64,000 nucleotides of DNA from Cladosporium halotolerans (Eukaryota). The stretch covers positions 248,001-312,000 of the forward strand of contig NW_027191479.1 of NCBI RefSeq assembly GCF_011745625.1, in the 5' to 3' direction. The notes under the pieces are model-generated. The model did not search any database, was not told where the DNA came from, and was given only the letters and a program-made list of their open reading frames with translations. Below, one piece after another: positions 13,536 through 24,655 of the stretch (its first letter is position 1; each line of letters starts with the position of its first letter). A program made the translations under genes and the position numbers.

Positions 13536-16500
13536 TTAAATGACAATAGCTGATCTCGACTGCCATCTCGAAAGGCGCAGTCTAGTATCGCGAGGCTCAA
13601 CGCCCATGTCGACTGCTCGTAAATAGCAAAGACAGAACGGATTTGTTAGCGGCACCTGTGTAGAGCCATGCACCTCACGTTGCTCATGTGTGTGGACACT
13701 AGTCTCGTGCACCATCTCATTCCCATTACAGCTCTCATCTTCGCTGCCATGAGCTATCATGCTTGCGTTCGAGTCTGACTCCATCACATCGGCCTCCGGA
13801 TATTGAATTTCCAACTGTGCTAGACGTTGAACAATTGACCGATGGCTCGCAATAGTGCAGTCCACGCCTCGGTCCACAAACAGTCTGACGAGACCAAATC
13901 TCCCGCGAAGAGATGCCATGTACAAAGGAGACCTGAAATGACAATCCATGGCGTTAACATCAGCACCGGCATCCAGTAAATCTCTTGCTATCTTGATCCG
14001 TGTCTTTCCCAGCCCTCGCCGTAGACGGTGGTCTTTCCGCGAAGCAAGTTGGTGAAGTGCAGTTTCCAAGACAGTATTGCGAGCGTTGACGTCTGCACCA
14101 GAATCCAGAAGAAGTCGAGTCATTGATATCCTGTTACACGCGACCGCAGAAAAGAGAGGCCTGCACGTTGCTTTACCATCGACATTTGCGCCAAAAGTCA
14201 GAAGTATAGAGGCAAGCTCCACATTGGATGTACCTGCCACGTCTGCCAGCAATGTCACGTCGTCGGCCTCGAGCGACTCGCTATTTGGGTCTGCTCCGTT
14301 TTCTAGGAGCACTCTCACGATAGCGTTGGCGTCTACTCGAGATGCTAGAGCGATGGGACTTTTGCCATGGATCGGTGCAGAAGCATTCGCGCCGTGCTTC
14401 AGCAGCATCCTCACACAATCGCAAGCCGTGCTTTCTATTGCGATATACAGAGGCGGCCCTCCGTTCCCTACCTCGAGATCGGGCTTTGCTTTGCACTCCA
14501 GCATTAGCTCCACAATCTCACTCAAGCGGGCTGCGACTGCTGCCAGTAAGACCGTAGGATTGTTTGTAACAGACGTTACAACGGCGTTGATGTCGCTGTC
14601 GTGAAGGTCACCTGGAAGCTCATCAACGAGGTTTGTTGAGCGAGCTTTGCACCCTTCAGCGGGTGATAAACGTGCTAGTCGATCTCGCAGCATCGCTTTC
14701 GTAAGCTCTTTGCAATGGTATACTACCAGAGCGTACAGCATGACGGGAGTACGATGCGAGACAGATCCGCCGCCTGGGGCGTGCAGAAGTAAGGCCCAGG
14801 CCTTCCAAGGCACGCCTGCTAGCGACGCCAATTGAAAAGCTTTGCCCACGAAAGCAGTTTCCATATGGAGAAGCACATTGTTCAGCGCATAGGACAAGAA
14901 AGGGGTAGAGAATTCCCACTCGTAGGAGTGCATATGATACGAGTGTTGCGAATCGTAGATGTCCGTGCTGGATCCCTGAAGCTGCGCGGTCTTGTCAATG
15001 TACAAAGTCGCTATGTCGGTAATATCTACCGAGTCCTGACAAAGAATCCGTTCGAGATATATCTGGCACCAGGCTCCTAGTAGAGCGTGGCTTTTTGCCT
15101 GCAGGTTGCATCCCAATGTATCGTCGACAGCTTTCATGCCACCTTGAAGAAGGTATTCCCGAACTGATTCATGGATGAACTGAGCCACGGTGACTACCTT
15201 GTTGGGGACGAAATGATCCCACCTCTCTGAGAACTCAATTAGACCCTTAGAGGATGCAATCAGGAAAGCGTACATTTGGCGCTCTGTTGTCTTGGAGGTG
15301 GCCCAATCATCCAGTTGACCGGCGCTTGCCATGACGCCCAAATAAAGCTCCACAAGTGATAGTGGACGATTTGAGAAAAGGACCCACTGCATCGTCGGCA
15401 GGAAGAATGGCGTGCGGTCGATCACAATTGTTCTCAAAAGATCGTTGATGCCGACGGGCACCCTTTCCAGCTCTTGAAATACTTGCGAGCGTGTCTCGCC
15501 ATGGTCAATTTTCTTTTTGACGATCGGGAGGGCGAGCACAGTCCATAAGAAAACTCCAGATGATCGGTGCGAAATTTCGTCTTCGAGCTCACTCATGAAA
15601 GGAAGATTGAACCCAAGAAGCTGCTCATGCACATAAATGGATATGTCCTCATAGTGCTCCTCTCGCGCATCGATATTGATGCTTTCGTGATGCGAGATAC
15701 TGATCCGGGGGTAATGTCGACTTGCGAAGCAAACGGAAAATGAGATATCACGAGAAGTAGTCGTCCCGCCAAGGCTTTCGAAAAATTGGACGGCATCTCT
15801 GATGGAGTCTTCCTGGCATTCATCGAGCGCGTCAATGAATAGAACCAATCGGTGGTCGTTTCGCAATCCCAAGACCGCATCCCGCAGCATGTTTTGCAAC
15901 ATCAGAACCGACCAGTTCCGTTTTCTCTCAACCAACCAACTTTCAACGGTCGATTGTGGTAGCAGAGTAGGCAGCTGCGTGAATAGCTGATGTAATAAAG
16001 ATCTGTACATTCCCTGAGTGGTTTTCTCCAGCCTATGTCCACGGGCGTTGAAAAAGAATGACAACACCGTGACATCGTGACGGCAGGAACTGCCCAAGTG
16101 CTTCATTGCGCATTTCATCAGTGTCGACTTTCCGGCACCAGGCTTACCTTTGATCCAGAGAAAGCCGTAGTGCAAAGTGCGGTAGTGCGGACTCAGCCAT
16201 CTAAGGTACGGCAAGGTGTCGAAGATCCACAAACAGGTTCCTGAATGCGGTGCAGTGATGTTGGCCAGACGAGACCCCATTTGAGCATACCCAAGATCGC
16301 GGATGAAGTCATCGCGGTCGGTTTGCGCAGTCCTTCGGGCTCGACCTTGTCCCTGGTCCAACTCCCCCGGAAACGTGCCAGAATACACTGTCTGTCGTTT
16401 GATGTATGTGTCACCAAGCTGCGATCGGGCGTTGCCTTTAACAGTGATATGATGGTAATCGCTTCCACGGTCTGGGGGTTTTGAACGCTCTTTTCGAGCT

Positions 16501-16766
16501 GTTGTATCTTCATCGCTAGATTGCGATGATATTGAGTCTCCAGAAGACCTTCCCTGTGACGATGCGCGGTCTTTCGTGGGGGCTTCCCGACCGTCGTGTG
16601 AGCTCGCCTCTTTCGCTTGAGGGCGAGTTTTCAGTGTCGTTAAGTGAGACTGAGATGAGTCCGGTCTCACCGGTGAGACTTTGAGGGCACCTCGGTGTCG
16701 TAAGGGTACCCGCGGCGGAGCAGCCGGAAGGTGATTCTGCGCCCCTGCCGCCGGCAATGCCTGCAT
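13536..16766 (-). CDS. NLR-like protein: HRAM-like motif - NACHT NTPase - ankyrin repeats
   Basis: Walker A (WIKGKPGAGKSTLMK), Walker B (LFIDALDEC), SSGVFLW and FIHESVREYL motifs; C-terminal ankyrin repeats (LLKHGANA, LLENGADPN, LLDSGADVNA, LLDAGADVNA). First ATG at 16766. Confidence 0.88.
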   Translation of the reverse strand: MQALPAAGAQNHLPAAPPRVPLRHRGALKVSPVRPDSSQSHLTTLKTRPQAKEASSHDGREAPTKDRASSQGRSSGDSISSQSSDEDTTARKERSKPPDRGSDYHHITVKGNARSQLGDTYIKRQTVYSGTFPGELDQGQGRARRTAQTDRDDFIRDLGYAQMGSRLANITAPHSGTCLWIFDTLPYLRWLSPHYRTLHYGFLWIKGKPGAGKSTLMKCAMKHLGSSCRHDVTVLSFFFNARGHRLEKTTQGMYRSLLHQLFTQLPTLLPQSTVESWLVERKRNWSVLMLQNMLRDAVLGLRNDHRLVLFIDALDECQEDSIRDAVQFFESLGGTTTSRDISFSVCFASRHYPRISISHHESINIDAREEHYEDISIYVHEQLLGFNLPFMSELEDEISHRSSGVFLWTVLALPIVKKKIDHGETRSQVFQELERVPVGINDLLRTIVIDRTPFFLPTMQWVLFSNRPLSLVELYLGVMASAGQLDDWATSKTTERQMYAFLIASSKGLIEFSERWDHFVPNKVVTVAQFIHESVREYLLQGGMKAVDDTLGCNLQAKSHALLGAWCQIYLERILCQDSVDITDIATLYIDKTAQLQGSSTDIYDSQHSYHMHSYEWEFSTPFLSYALNNVLLHMETAFVGKAFQLASLAGVPWKAWALLLHAPGGGSVSHRTPVMLYALVVYHCKELTKAMLRDRLARLSPAEGCKARSTNLVDELPGDLHDSDINAVVTSVTNNPTVLLAAVAARLSEIVELMLECKAKPDLEVGNGGPPLYIAIESTACDCVRMLLKHGANASAPIHGKSPIALASRVDANAIVRVLLENGADPNSESLEADDVTLLADVAGTSNVELASILLTFGANVDGKATCRPLFSAVACNRISMTRLLLDSGADVNARNTVLETALHQLASRKDHRLRRGLGKTRIKIARDLLDAGADVNAMDCHFRSPLYMASLRGRFGLVRLFVDRGVDCTIASHRSIVQRLAQLEIQYPEADVMESDSNASMIAHGSEDESCNGNEMVHETSVHTHEQREVHGSTQVPLTNPFCLCYLRAVDMGVEPRDTRLRLSRWQSRSAIVI

Positions 16767-17056
16767 GTCTCTGGTCACAAGACATTTGCGAGTCCGCGAA
16801 GAAAGAGGACAAGATCCCTCGGAGTATTTCTTGCCTGCTGGAAAGAAGAAGAGGTCCAGACATCCGGCTGAGAAATCAGGTGACACAGCTGAGCTCAAAC
16901 CTTATGCACAAGCCGGAATCACAATTGGACGGGAGACATTGTGGCTTGCATGCGCATATTCCCAAGGGCTGCATTAAGCCATCATGCCCAAGACGTGCTG
17001 CAGGAAGTACGCGAGAACTGCTCGTAGTGAAAGGAATGGAATGCAGAGAACTTGCT

Positions 17057-18632
17057 CTAAGTAGTGCTGCCAACCTTATGTAAAATTGCAAACCACGTAC
17101 CAAGCATCAGCACAGAGAATACCAACGTGACCTGTATCAAATACTCGATACCGAGTGTTGTGGCTAGAACCCCAATCGCAAGTGGAGCGACGGCGGCTCC
17201 AATTTGACCCATAGCTATCAAGAACGCAACGATGATACCACGCTGCTGCGAGCTGAAGTTCGGGGCCAAAAGAACAATGCCCGAGGGGAACAAAGGGGCA
17301 AGAAAGAAGCCACACGCTCCGACGAGAGCTAGGGTCGGTCCAAGCTGCCTGGCAAGAGTGAGACATAGCTGGAAAATGATTGTAGCGACGCAGTACATGA
17401 CCACAGCGATGCGCACGCCAAGTCGATCTGTGAGCAAGCCGAGGGAATACCGACCGAGGGCCATCCCAGTCCAGAAGATAGACGAAGCGAACGCGGATTT
17501 TGCGGGTCCAGCAGACGAGCGACGGGATAGGAAGACGACGATCCAGTCAGTGTAAGAAGCTTGGTTGGAGTCAGCATGGCCGTCAGAATTGATAGATCAT
17601 GACGCCCTACCTTCAACACACTGGTAGAAGAAGTAAAAGATACTCATGACCCACACACTGCGCTGAGTGAGCAGGTTCCGGAGTTCCACTGCCTCATCAG
17701 CGTCCACCTCAGATTGAGCTTGCGCGCGGGTATCGTTGCGGAATGCCCAACACTGCGCGAGAAGCTCTAAGAATGCTAACATAGACTTCAAAGCGTCAAT
17801 GATACGATCAGATGTCAGGCACACGCCAGGAAGAATCGAGACTTACGAGGATCTCATAGAACGTGGCCCATGCATAGCTTTCCAAGACTGCTGCCGAAAC
17901 TAGTGGCCCGAAGATACATCCACCGGCAAATGATCCATGAAGAATGCCTTGCACGACGTTGGCATGACGCATGCCGCCGGCCCAAGTATTCCAGCGGTAT
18001 CAGTGACGCCAGTCCCATATCCGAAGAATGCATAGCTTGCAAGGACTATCGAAAACGGAGGTTTCAAGCTGAGCGTCATGGCTGCAAGCAATCGTAGAAT
18101 AGCAGCGACAACAGCGATTGCCCGGCGCCCTCCATGGACCTCGATGACTCTGACTGTCATCGTGGCAATTAGATAGCCAAGCACCCCGGCTGGGAAGATG
18201 AAAGCAACCCGAGCGTCAGAGATCTGGAAGTGGCGCTCAATCTACAGTCGTGTGTCGTTGGGTCAGTAGCTGAGTACGGATGAGCTATGATTGATACGAA
18301 CGAACGTCAGGAAGTAGGGCCTTTCAAGGTCAGCGCAAGACGCACGCGAGGTAGACGCTCGCCAGGCTACAAAGGGAAAGTCTTACACCGATGGCAGACA
18401 TAGCAAAACCGCTGGCGAAGAAGTTGATGGTCGTGGCGGTCAACTTAGCATAGAACTCATCGGGATGCGACGGGTTGAGCTCGTGCTGACATGGATTCAC
18501 TGGCTCATCGGCGGCATCGGTAGCGTTGGCCACGCCATATTGGCATGAGGAGTCTGGTGTCAGAAGAGGTTGGCGTTCGTCTGACTGCACAATGGAATCC
18601 TCAGTCACTACATGGCCAGCTTGAAGCGTCAT
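17057..18632 (-). CDS. MFS transporter (Bsc6/fucose-permease-like), 5 exons including a 15-nt microexon (18320-18306); apparent -1 frameshift at ~17994
   Basis: Spliced SAIG|ALLPD|IERHF, GMRHANVVQGILHGSFAGGCIFGPLV, FWTGMALGRYSLG, GFFLAPLFP; multiple TM helices. The conserved frame changes at DTA/WNTW without room for an intron. Confidence 0.75.
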
Positions 18633-19320
18633 GTGAGCGGGCGTGCCGGTGGAGCTCAATCTCAAAGCTGGCGGCGCCTGTTTCAGACGGTCAAACCGGA
18701 AAACATTCGATACTAGAAATCAGAACAGACAGTGTCCTTCATGCGCAACGAAAGAAACAATTGCGAGCAGATCAGATGTGTGGTACGGTGTCAACGTTGC
18801 GTCTGGACGAAGCCTCGATCGGCGACGCGCCCAAGGGTCTCGCTCGGCAATGCAATCGCAAGCGGGGAAGGCGGCATTTCCGCATTGAGCCGCGTTCCAC
18901 CAGGTATCAATTATCTCGTGTGCCGTGGCATCAAGAGATGTCACCGGGAGTACCTCATTGATATGTCCCGAACTCCTGCAATGAAGGTGCGATTTTGCGC
19001 GCAAAGTTCCATATCCGCGGAGGTTGATGATCGGCCATCCGCCAAGTCCTCGGAGTTCGTGATGTCGTGGGCAGAGACAAGATAAACCGTTCCCTCGGAG
19101 TCGCAATCGCTCCGCGGAATCCTGCTCGGCGCTTGATATTTGACAGAAGATATGAAACAACTCCTTGTCAGTCGTGGCGATGAAGACATGGCAATCTTTT
19201 GTGGCTTCCTTGCATTTCGTATCAACCCTCGGTGGTATAATCTTATCCTCGGACGGCCGTGAATGATCGAATTTCGCTTTGAACTTTTGCCGTTAATCAC
19301 TGCAAAGGACTGACGACACC

Positions 19321-20184
19321 ATGGCTTGCACCCTGACCACCGGACACGCCGCTCGTATAGCGGCCCGGAAGAACAAGTGGGCTCAATCGACGTCGGGACT
19401 CGCCGATACATATCTGCAAGCCAACCTACTCGTCCTTCCATCCCGCTACGCCGAAGCCTTCCGACAACTCTGCGCCCGCAATCCAGTACCTTGCCCCTTG
19501 ATCGCCGAATCGACAAATCCGGGCGATTTCGCAATGCTCAAATCCCATCTGCCGCAAGTACGCGACGAAGACCTAGCAGCCGATCTCGACCTCCGCACCG
19601 ATTGCCCTCGATACAACGTCTACGCTGACGGCAAGCTGGTTCACACTGCAGTCAACGACATCCTTTCCCAGTGGACTAGCGATCATGTGGCGTTTGTCAT
19701 CGGCTGCAGCCAGAGCTTCGAGTCTGCTCTGATCCGCGCAGGAGTGGAGATCCGACATCTCAACCAGCAGCGTACGGTCCCGATGTACCGTACCAAGTTA
19801 CCGCTCAACCCATCCGGCATTTTCACCAGCTCAACGTACGTCGTTTCAATGCGTCCGTTCAGGAAGCAGGATATTGAGCTGGTGCGGCGAATTACGAGAC
19901 GTTACTTGCCTACCCATGGAGAGCCAATCGCATGGGGATGGGATGCTTTGGAGCGACTTGGTATCATTGATATTGACGATGTGCAATGGGGCCACCCACC
20001 CCTGACTCAAGATGGTCGGCCTTTGCATGAGGTTTTCGGGGACAGTGAAAATGTGCCGGTCTTCTGGGGTTGCGGTGTCACTCCGCAGGAAGCCGTCATG
20101 AAGGCTGCGCTCGAAGGTACTATCATGGCACATCACCCAGGAGAAATGCTGGTGATGGATTGTCGAGAAGACGACGTTCTGTGA
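19321..20184 (+). CDS. DUF1445 / D-glutamate cyclase-like putative lyase (YcsI/DGLUCY family), intronless
   Basis: Family motifs TSGLA..YLQANL, CARNPVPCPL, DLRTDCPRYNVY, IGCSQSFE, VPMYRT, VVSMRP, HGEP, VPVFWGCGVTPQ. Confidence 0.88.
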   Translation: MACTLTTGHAARIAARKNKWAQSTSGLADTYLQANLLVLPSRYAEAFRQLCARNPVPCPLIAESTNPGDFAMLKSHLPQVRDEDLAADLDLRTDCPRYNVYADGKLVHTAVNDILSQWTSDHVAFVIGCSQSFESALIRAGVEIRHLNQQRTVPMYRTKLPLNPSGIFTSSTYVVSMRPFRKQDIELVRRITRRYLPTHGEPIAWGWDALERLGIIDIDDVQWGHPPLTQDGRPLHEVFGDSENVPVFWGCGVTPQEAVMKAALEGTIMAHHPGEMLVMDCREDDVL

Positions 20185-20258
20185 GGAGCCGTGGAGGTGA
20201 CAACCTTTACAATGCCCTAGCTGGCGCCACAGCAATGATGGATCGGGTCTCAACTAGA

Positions 20259-22590
20259 TCATTCCATCAGGCTGCTCCAGCCGGCGAGGTCGTTTAAAGA
20301 TTCTTCAGTAACAAGAAATCCAAGATCGGAGTCTGGCTGTCCCATGTTGTTCTGCCAAGGAGTCGACAAGGAATTACCGCCATTGTCAAGAAAGCTAAGG
20401 TAGTCCTGTTCAACGTTCGGAGATTGTCCATGGGACTGAGGACTGCTTTGTGTCACGCTTTCGATTCCAGTCTTGATCTCCACAACACACGGCCAAACCG
20501 TGCTGACAGAATCCATGACATCGAGGATTTGGTCGAGAGGCTTTCTCACAGAGATGGCCGACCATGAAGATTCTTCAAGTCGTTTCTTCAAGAGAATGAT
20601 TCGGGCAGCAGCAGCTAACGTGTGAACACTCTCTAGAGGTAGGGTCCTTAGAGAATAGTGCCGCTGGTAGCTACTCAGCAGACGAAGAATCGCAGCAAGC
20701 GATTGATAGCAAATATCGACTTCCTCGCTTCGTGATGACAAATCTTCGTCCGAACATCGATCTGGGGGTCGATGTAATATGATCATACCAGTATGAAACG
20801 CCATATGTAGGTGCAAGATGTAGTGTGGTACTTTCTCGATCTTCCAAGGGTTCCATTGCAGCTTCTGCGGGAGTTGTGAGAGCCATCGCTCGAGGAGTGT
20901 GTGAACGTGGTTGGCGGCTTGCACGATTCCACACGTCTGACTGGCTTGCCGCTCACGATTCTCGAACACCGTAACGATCATTGTGTGGAAGATCTTTGCA
21001 AGCTCTACTCTGTGGACAAAGCTGCCGACAACCGCGATCCCGTCTTCGAATGCATTGACAGATGTCCCTCCGGCGATGTATGTGTCGAGCAAATGCTCCC
21101 ATTCTGGAGGATACGGAATACGGATTGTGTTTCGCACATCCGCTTCCTGCGGGTAAAGAGCCGGAGGTCGACCGAAGTAGAGGCTCATTTGCTTGTCTGC
21201 GACGAACACTGCCCAGTACACTCTTCGAAGGATTTCTCGATCAACTGAAGAGGTCGCTTGACCGAGCTCCCAGTTGCTGGGATCGAGATGTAAGCCCATC
21301 TCATGTGCGAGTCGGAAGGCCATTCCACAGAACAGCCATCCTTTCGAACCTCGTCCTTGGCCGACTTCCAGCGGGCCGAGTATCATCAGAGTTTGCAATG
21401 TTGTCAAATCTGGAGAGACAAGGGACGCGAAGGCCTGGCTCTCGGCGTACCTGGAGAAGCTTAGGTAAGTTGAGTGCAGGTTATCATCTTCCGAAACCAG
21501 AGCTCCAAGAGCGCAAATCGCCGACAACAGCATGTCAGAGTAATAAGGACCGCTGCACTTTGCATAGTCTCGTAGGAAGAACTCTCTGTAGATGAAGTGA
21601 TTGCTCTGGTAGCAGTTGGCGAAGAACAAGGATACCAGTTGACGGCAGACAACATCATGAGGCGCAAATGGAGACGGCTGCGCATTTCCAGATGCTGGCA
21701 AAGTGCCTGGAGCCACGTGGGCCGTTCCTTGGAGTGGCGAAAAGGAAGTCGCTCCGGACTTCGCGGCAACGCTGGCTGCGGGAGTTGGAGCGGGCACGTT
21801 CATCTGAAACAAACTGGTACCTCCAAAAAATTGAGTGGCCTGCCGCGAGACCATCTTCCTCATGCGTCCGTCGCGAGACCTTTCATTGGTGAGAGATTCT
21901 GCTGCCGGGGAAATGACTGGTAAGGTCTCCCTGTTCTCAGTGCTCGGCGCTACAGGATTATGGCTTCTTGCGGGACTCGTCTGCGGTGCAACATCTTGCT
22001 GAACTGCTATTGTCAAGTCGTCATCGTCGGGAGCCTCCAGCACTGTGTCTGCGCTTTGTTCATTGGCTGGTAGAGCGCCCGATTCACTGCCCGCCACGTC
22101 CGTGAGGTCCTGAATGAAAGAACTCATGGAGTTGACGCGGGTCTCTAGATTGTTCACATACTTACGTGATACTGGTCTGGCCGTTGGTCAACAAGCGCAC
22201 CTTTCCACGTGCCAGGGTTGGGACAGGACACAATTGCAGGCAATATCCAGGGATGCTCCTACCTGCGGCGACTTTCTACTGTTGAGTAGTTGCACTCTAC
22301 ATTGTTCTCTGTGCACCGAGAGCAAGGCTTCTGGCGGTTGCATTTGACCTACATTCTATCATCAGCACCAAGACATGCCTTGCCCCATGCTAATGCCAGA
22401 ATGCGAATCCTGGAGCAGTCCAGGCACTGACTTTGCGCTTGCGACATCTCTCGCAACTGAAGATACCCTAAGGTGTCAGCATGCTATTACAGAAGTGTTG
22501 TGACTGTTGCGTGTCGTACGATACGCGGTGTGGCCCCGCCGAAGGAGTGCCGCGCGCGGCGGTCGCCCTTTGCGCAGGGCCCTCGGACAT
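20259..22590 (-). CDS. Zn(II)2Cys6 transcription factor with Fungal_trans middle homology domain; 3 introns in the 5' part
   Basis: Spliced binuclear cluster CERCRKRK|VKCNRQKPCSRCTENNVEC; GMAFRLAHEMGLHLD and RRVYWAVFVADKQMSLYFGRP. Confidence 0.88.
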
Positions 22591-23111
22591 TGTCCGAAAA
22601 GGGTCTGTAAGGGACAATTGATGTCGTTGGGGACGAGGAGAGTGTCTTCCTCCGGGCACAGACGCCGTGGCGAAAGAGATGCGAGGAGCGCGAGGACCAA
22701 GTTGAGTGGAAGCAGAGGAGCGCGAGAGGACAGCAAACTCCGCGGGGGTTCGGCCTCCGAGGAGCGCGCGAATGCCTTGCAGCCTAGGCGCTTATCGTAA
22801 CCTCCGATCACTTGATACGGCCAATCTATTCTTCCCCCACGTACCACGAGAGAGAGGCGGTCGCGTTAGATTCCATGCGGACAGAATGGGGAAATCGATC
22901 CGTTTATCTGATAGATGTTGGCTGTCGTTTCTCCCGCGGCAGTTTGCCCTTCTGCATATCTTCCGAGGATGAAGTCCTGGGCCTTCCTTTGCAGACATAC
23001 AAACATGGAATGCTTTCTCGACATGTTCTCAACTGACCACAAGTTGGCAAATATTTCAATGCGCTGATTTGATCAACACAAACGACAATCGACGATCGCA
23101 TATCCAAGAAA

Positions 23112-24655
23112 ATGTCACAGCCGACCCAGCCAGGCCCGCTCACTGGTGAGACTGCAAAGATAAACAGCAGCCTGGATATGAACAGTTGCGAGAAGCGTCC
23201 ATCACAGAATGCTGACATCGAAATCTACGTCGACCCTGTCATCGAGAAAAGGATTCTGCGGAAACTCGACTCACACTTGGCTCCGATCTTCATGTCGCTT
23301 TACTTTCTTTCATATCTAAACAGGAGCAACATTGGCAATGCCGCCGTGGCCGGCATGAACGATCAGCTCAATCTGAGTGCTGGTCAGTACAGCACTGTTG
23401 TCAGTGTTTTCTACGCGACTTACGTTGGCCTCATTTTCCCTCTGGTCCTGGCTCTTCGGAAGATGAAGCCTCATCGCGCCATGACCGTCATGGCTACAGG
23501 CTGGTCTCTTGTCACCATCGGTACTGCCTTTTGCAAATCTTATGGCGCGCTTGTCGCATGTCGGCTACTCCTTGGAGTATGCGAAGCCGGATTCTTCCCT
23601 TGCATCTCGTGAGTTGGCTCCTTCATGGTACAAAGTGTCATCCGCTGACTGTGAGGTGGTCTTCAAGTCTCTACATGACCATGATATACAACAGGCAGGA
23701 GCAAGGCTTACGCTTTGCGTACCTGTTCAGTTCGATGGCCTTGTCTGGCATGTTCGGCGGTCTGGTGGCGACTGGCATTACATACATCGGAACTGCCGGA
23801 GGTCTCCGCGCATGGTCGTGGTTATACATCATCGAAGGCGTCGTTTCCCTCACCATTGTGCCATTCGTTTGGTTCGGTCTGCCAGAGAATCCCGCCCAAG
23901 CCAAGTTCTTCACAGCAGAAGAGTTGGAAGTCCTGGCAGCTCGCGAATTGAAACGGAGGGAGTACATGGGCGATTCCAAGTTTTCTTGGGCTCAGGTCCG
24001 CTCGGTCCTTGGGCACTGGAGAATCTACGCCGCGGCATCGGTCCAGTTCCTCCAAGACATCGTCCTCTACGGCTTCTCCACCTTCTTGCCATCGATCTTG
24101 CGGAATGATCTGGGCTACACTGGTCTTCAGGCTCAGTATCTCAGCGTTCCAGTGTATGCGCTGGGCGGCATCAGCTTCTTCGTCGCGGCTATGCTAGGCG
24201 ATAGATACGGCCTGCGCGGCTCTTTCCTGGCATTCTTGGATGTTTTCGCAGTCGTGGCATACTTGCTGATCTTACTCGTCCCCATCAGCGGCGTCAAGTA
24301 CTTCGCTTGCTACCTCGTCGCGTTGCCGCTCTACTGCGGAGCCGGACTCAACGAGATGTGGATCGCAAACAATACCGCACCCCACTATCGCCGTGCCACC
24401 GCAATAGGTTTCTCGCAAGCCATCGGCAACCTTGCTGGTATTGTCTCCGGCCAAGTGTACCGCGGAGCTCCGTACCGGCTCGGAAACTGGTTCTCGTTCG
24501 CCTGCACCGTTCTAGCGATGATGCTCATTGCCGTGCAGATTATGTACTTCAGGCGGCTCAACGCCCACAAAAGCAGGATCCAGAGAGGGGAAATCGCAGA
24601 TGATCGGGTTGGCGAGGAAGGAGAAGACAACCTCGAGTTTCGATACATTTATTAG
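23112..24655 (+). CDS. MFS anion:cation symporter (Dal5/Tna1 allantoate/nicotinate permease family); one intron ~23609-23667
   Basis: LSYLNRSNIGNAAVAGM, RLLLGVCEAGFFP, WSWLYIIEG, NNTAPHYRRATAIG, C-terminal EFRYIY. Confidence 0.9.
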
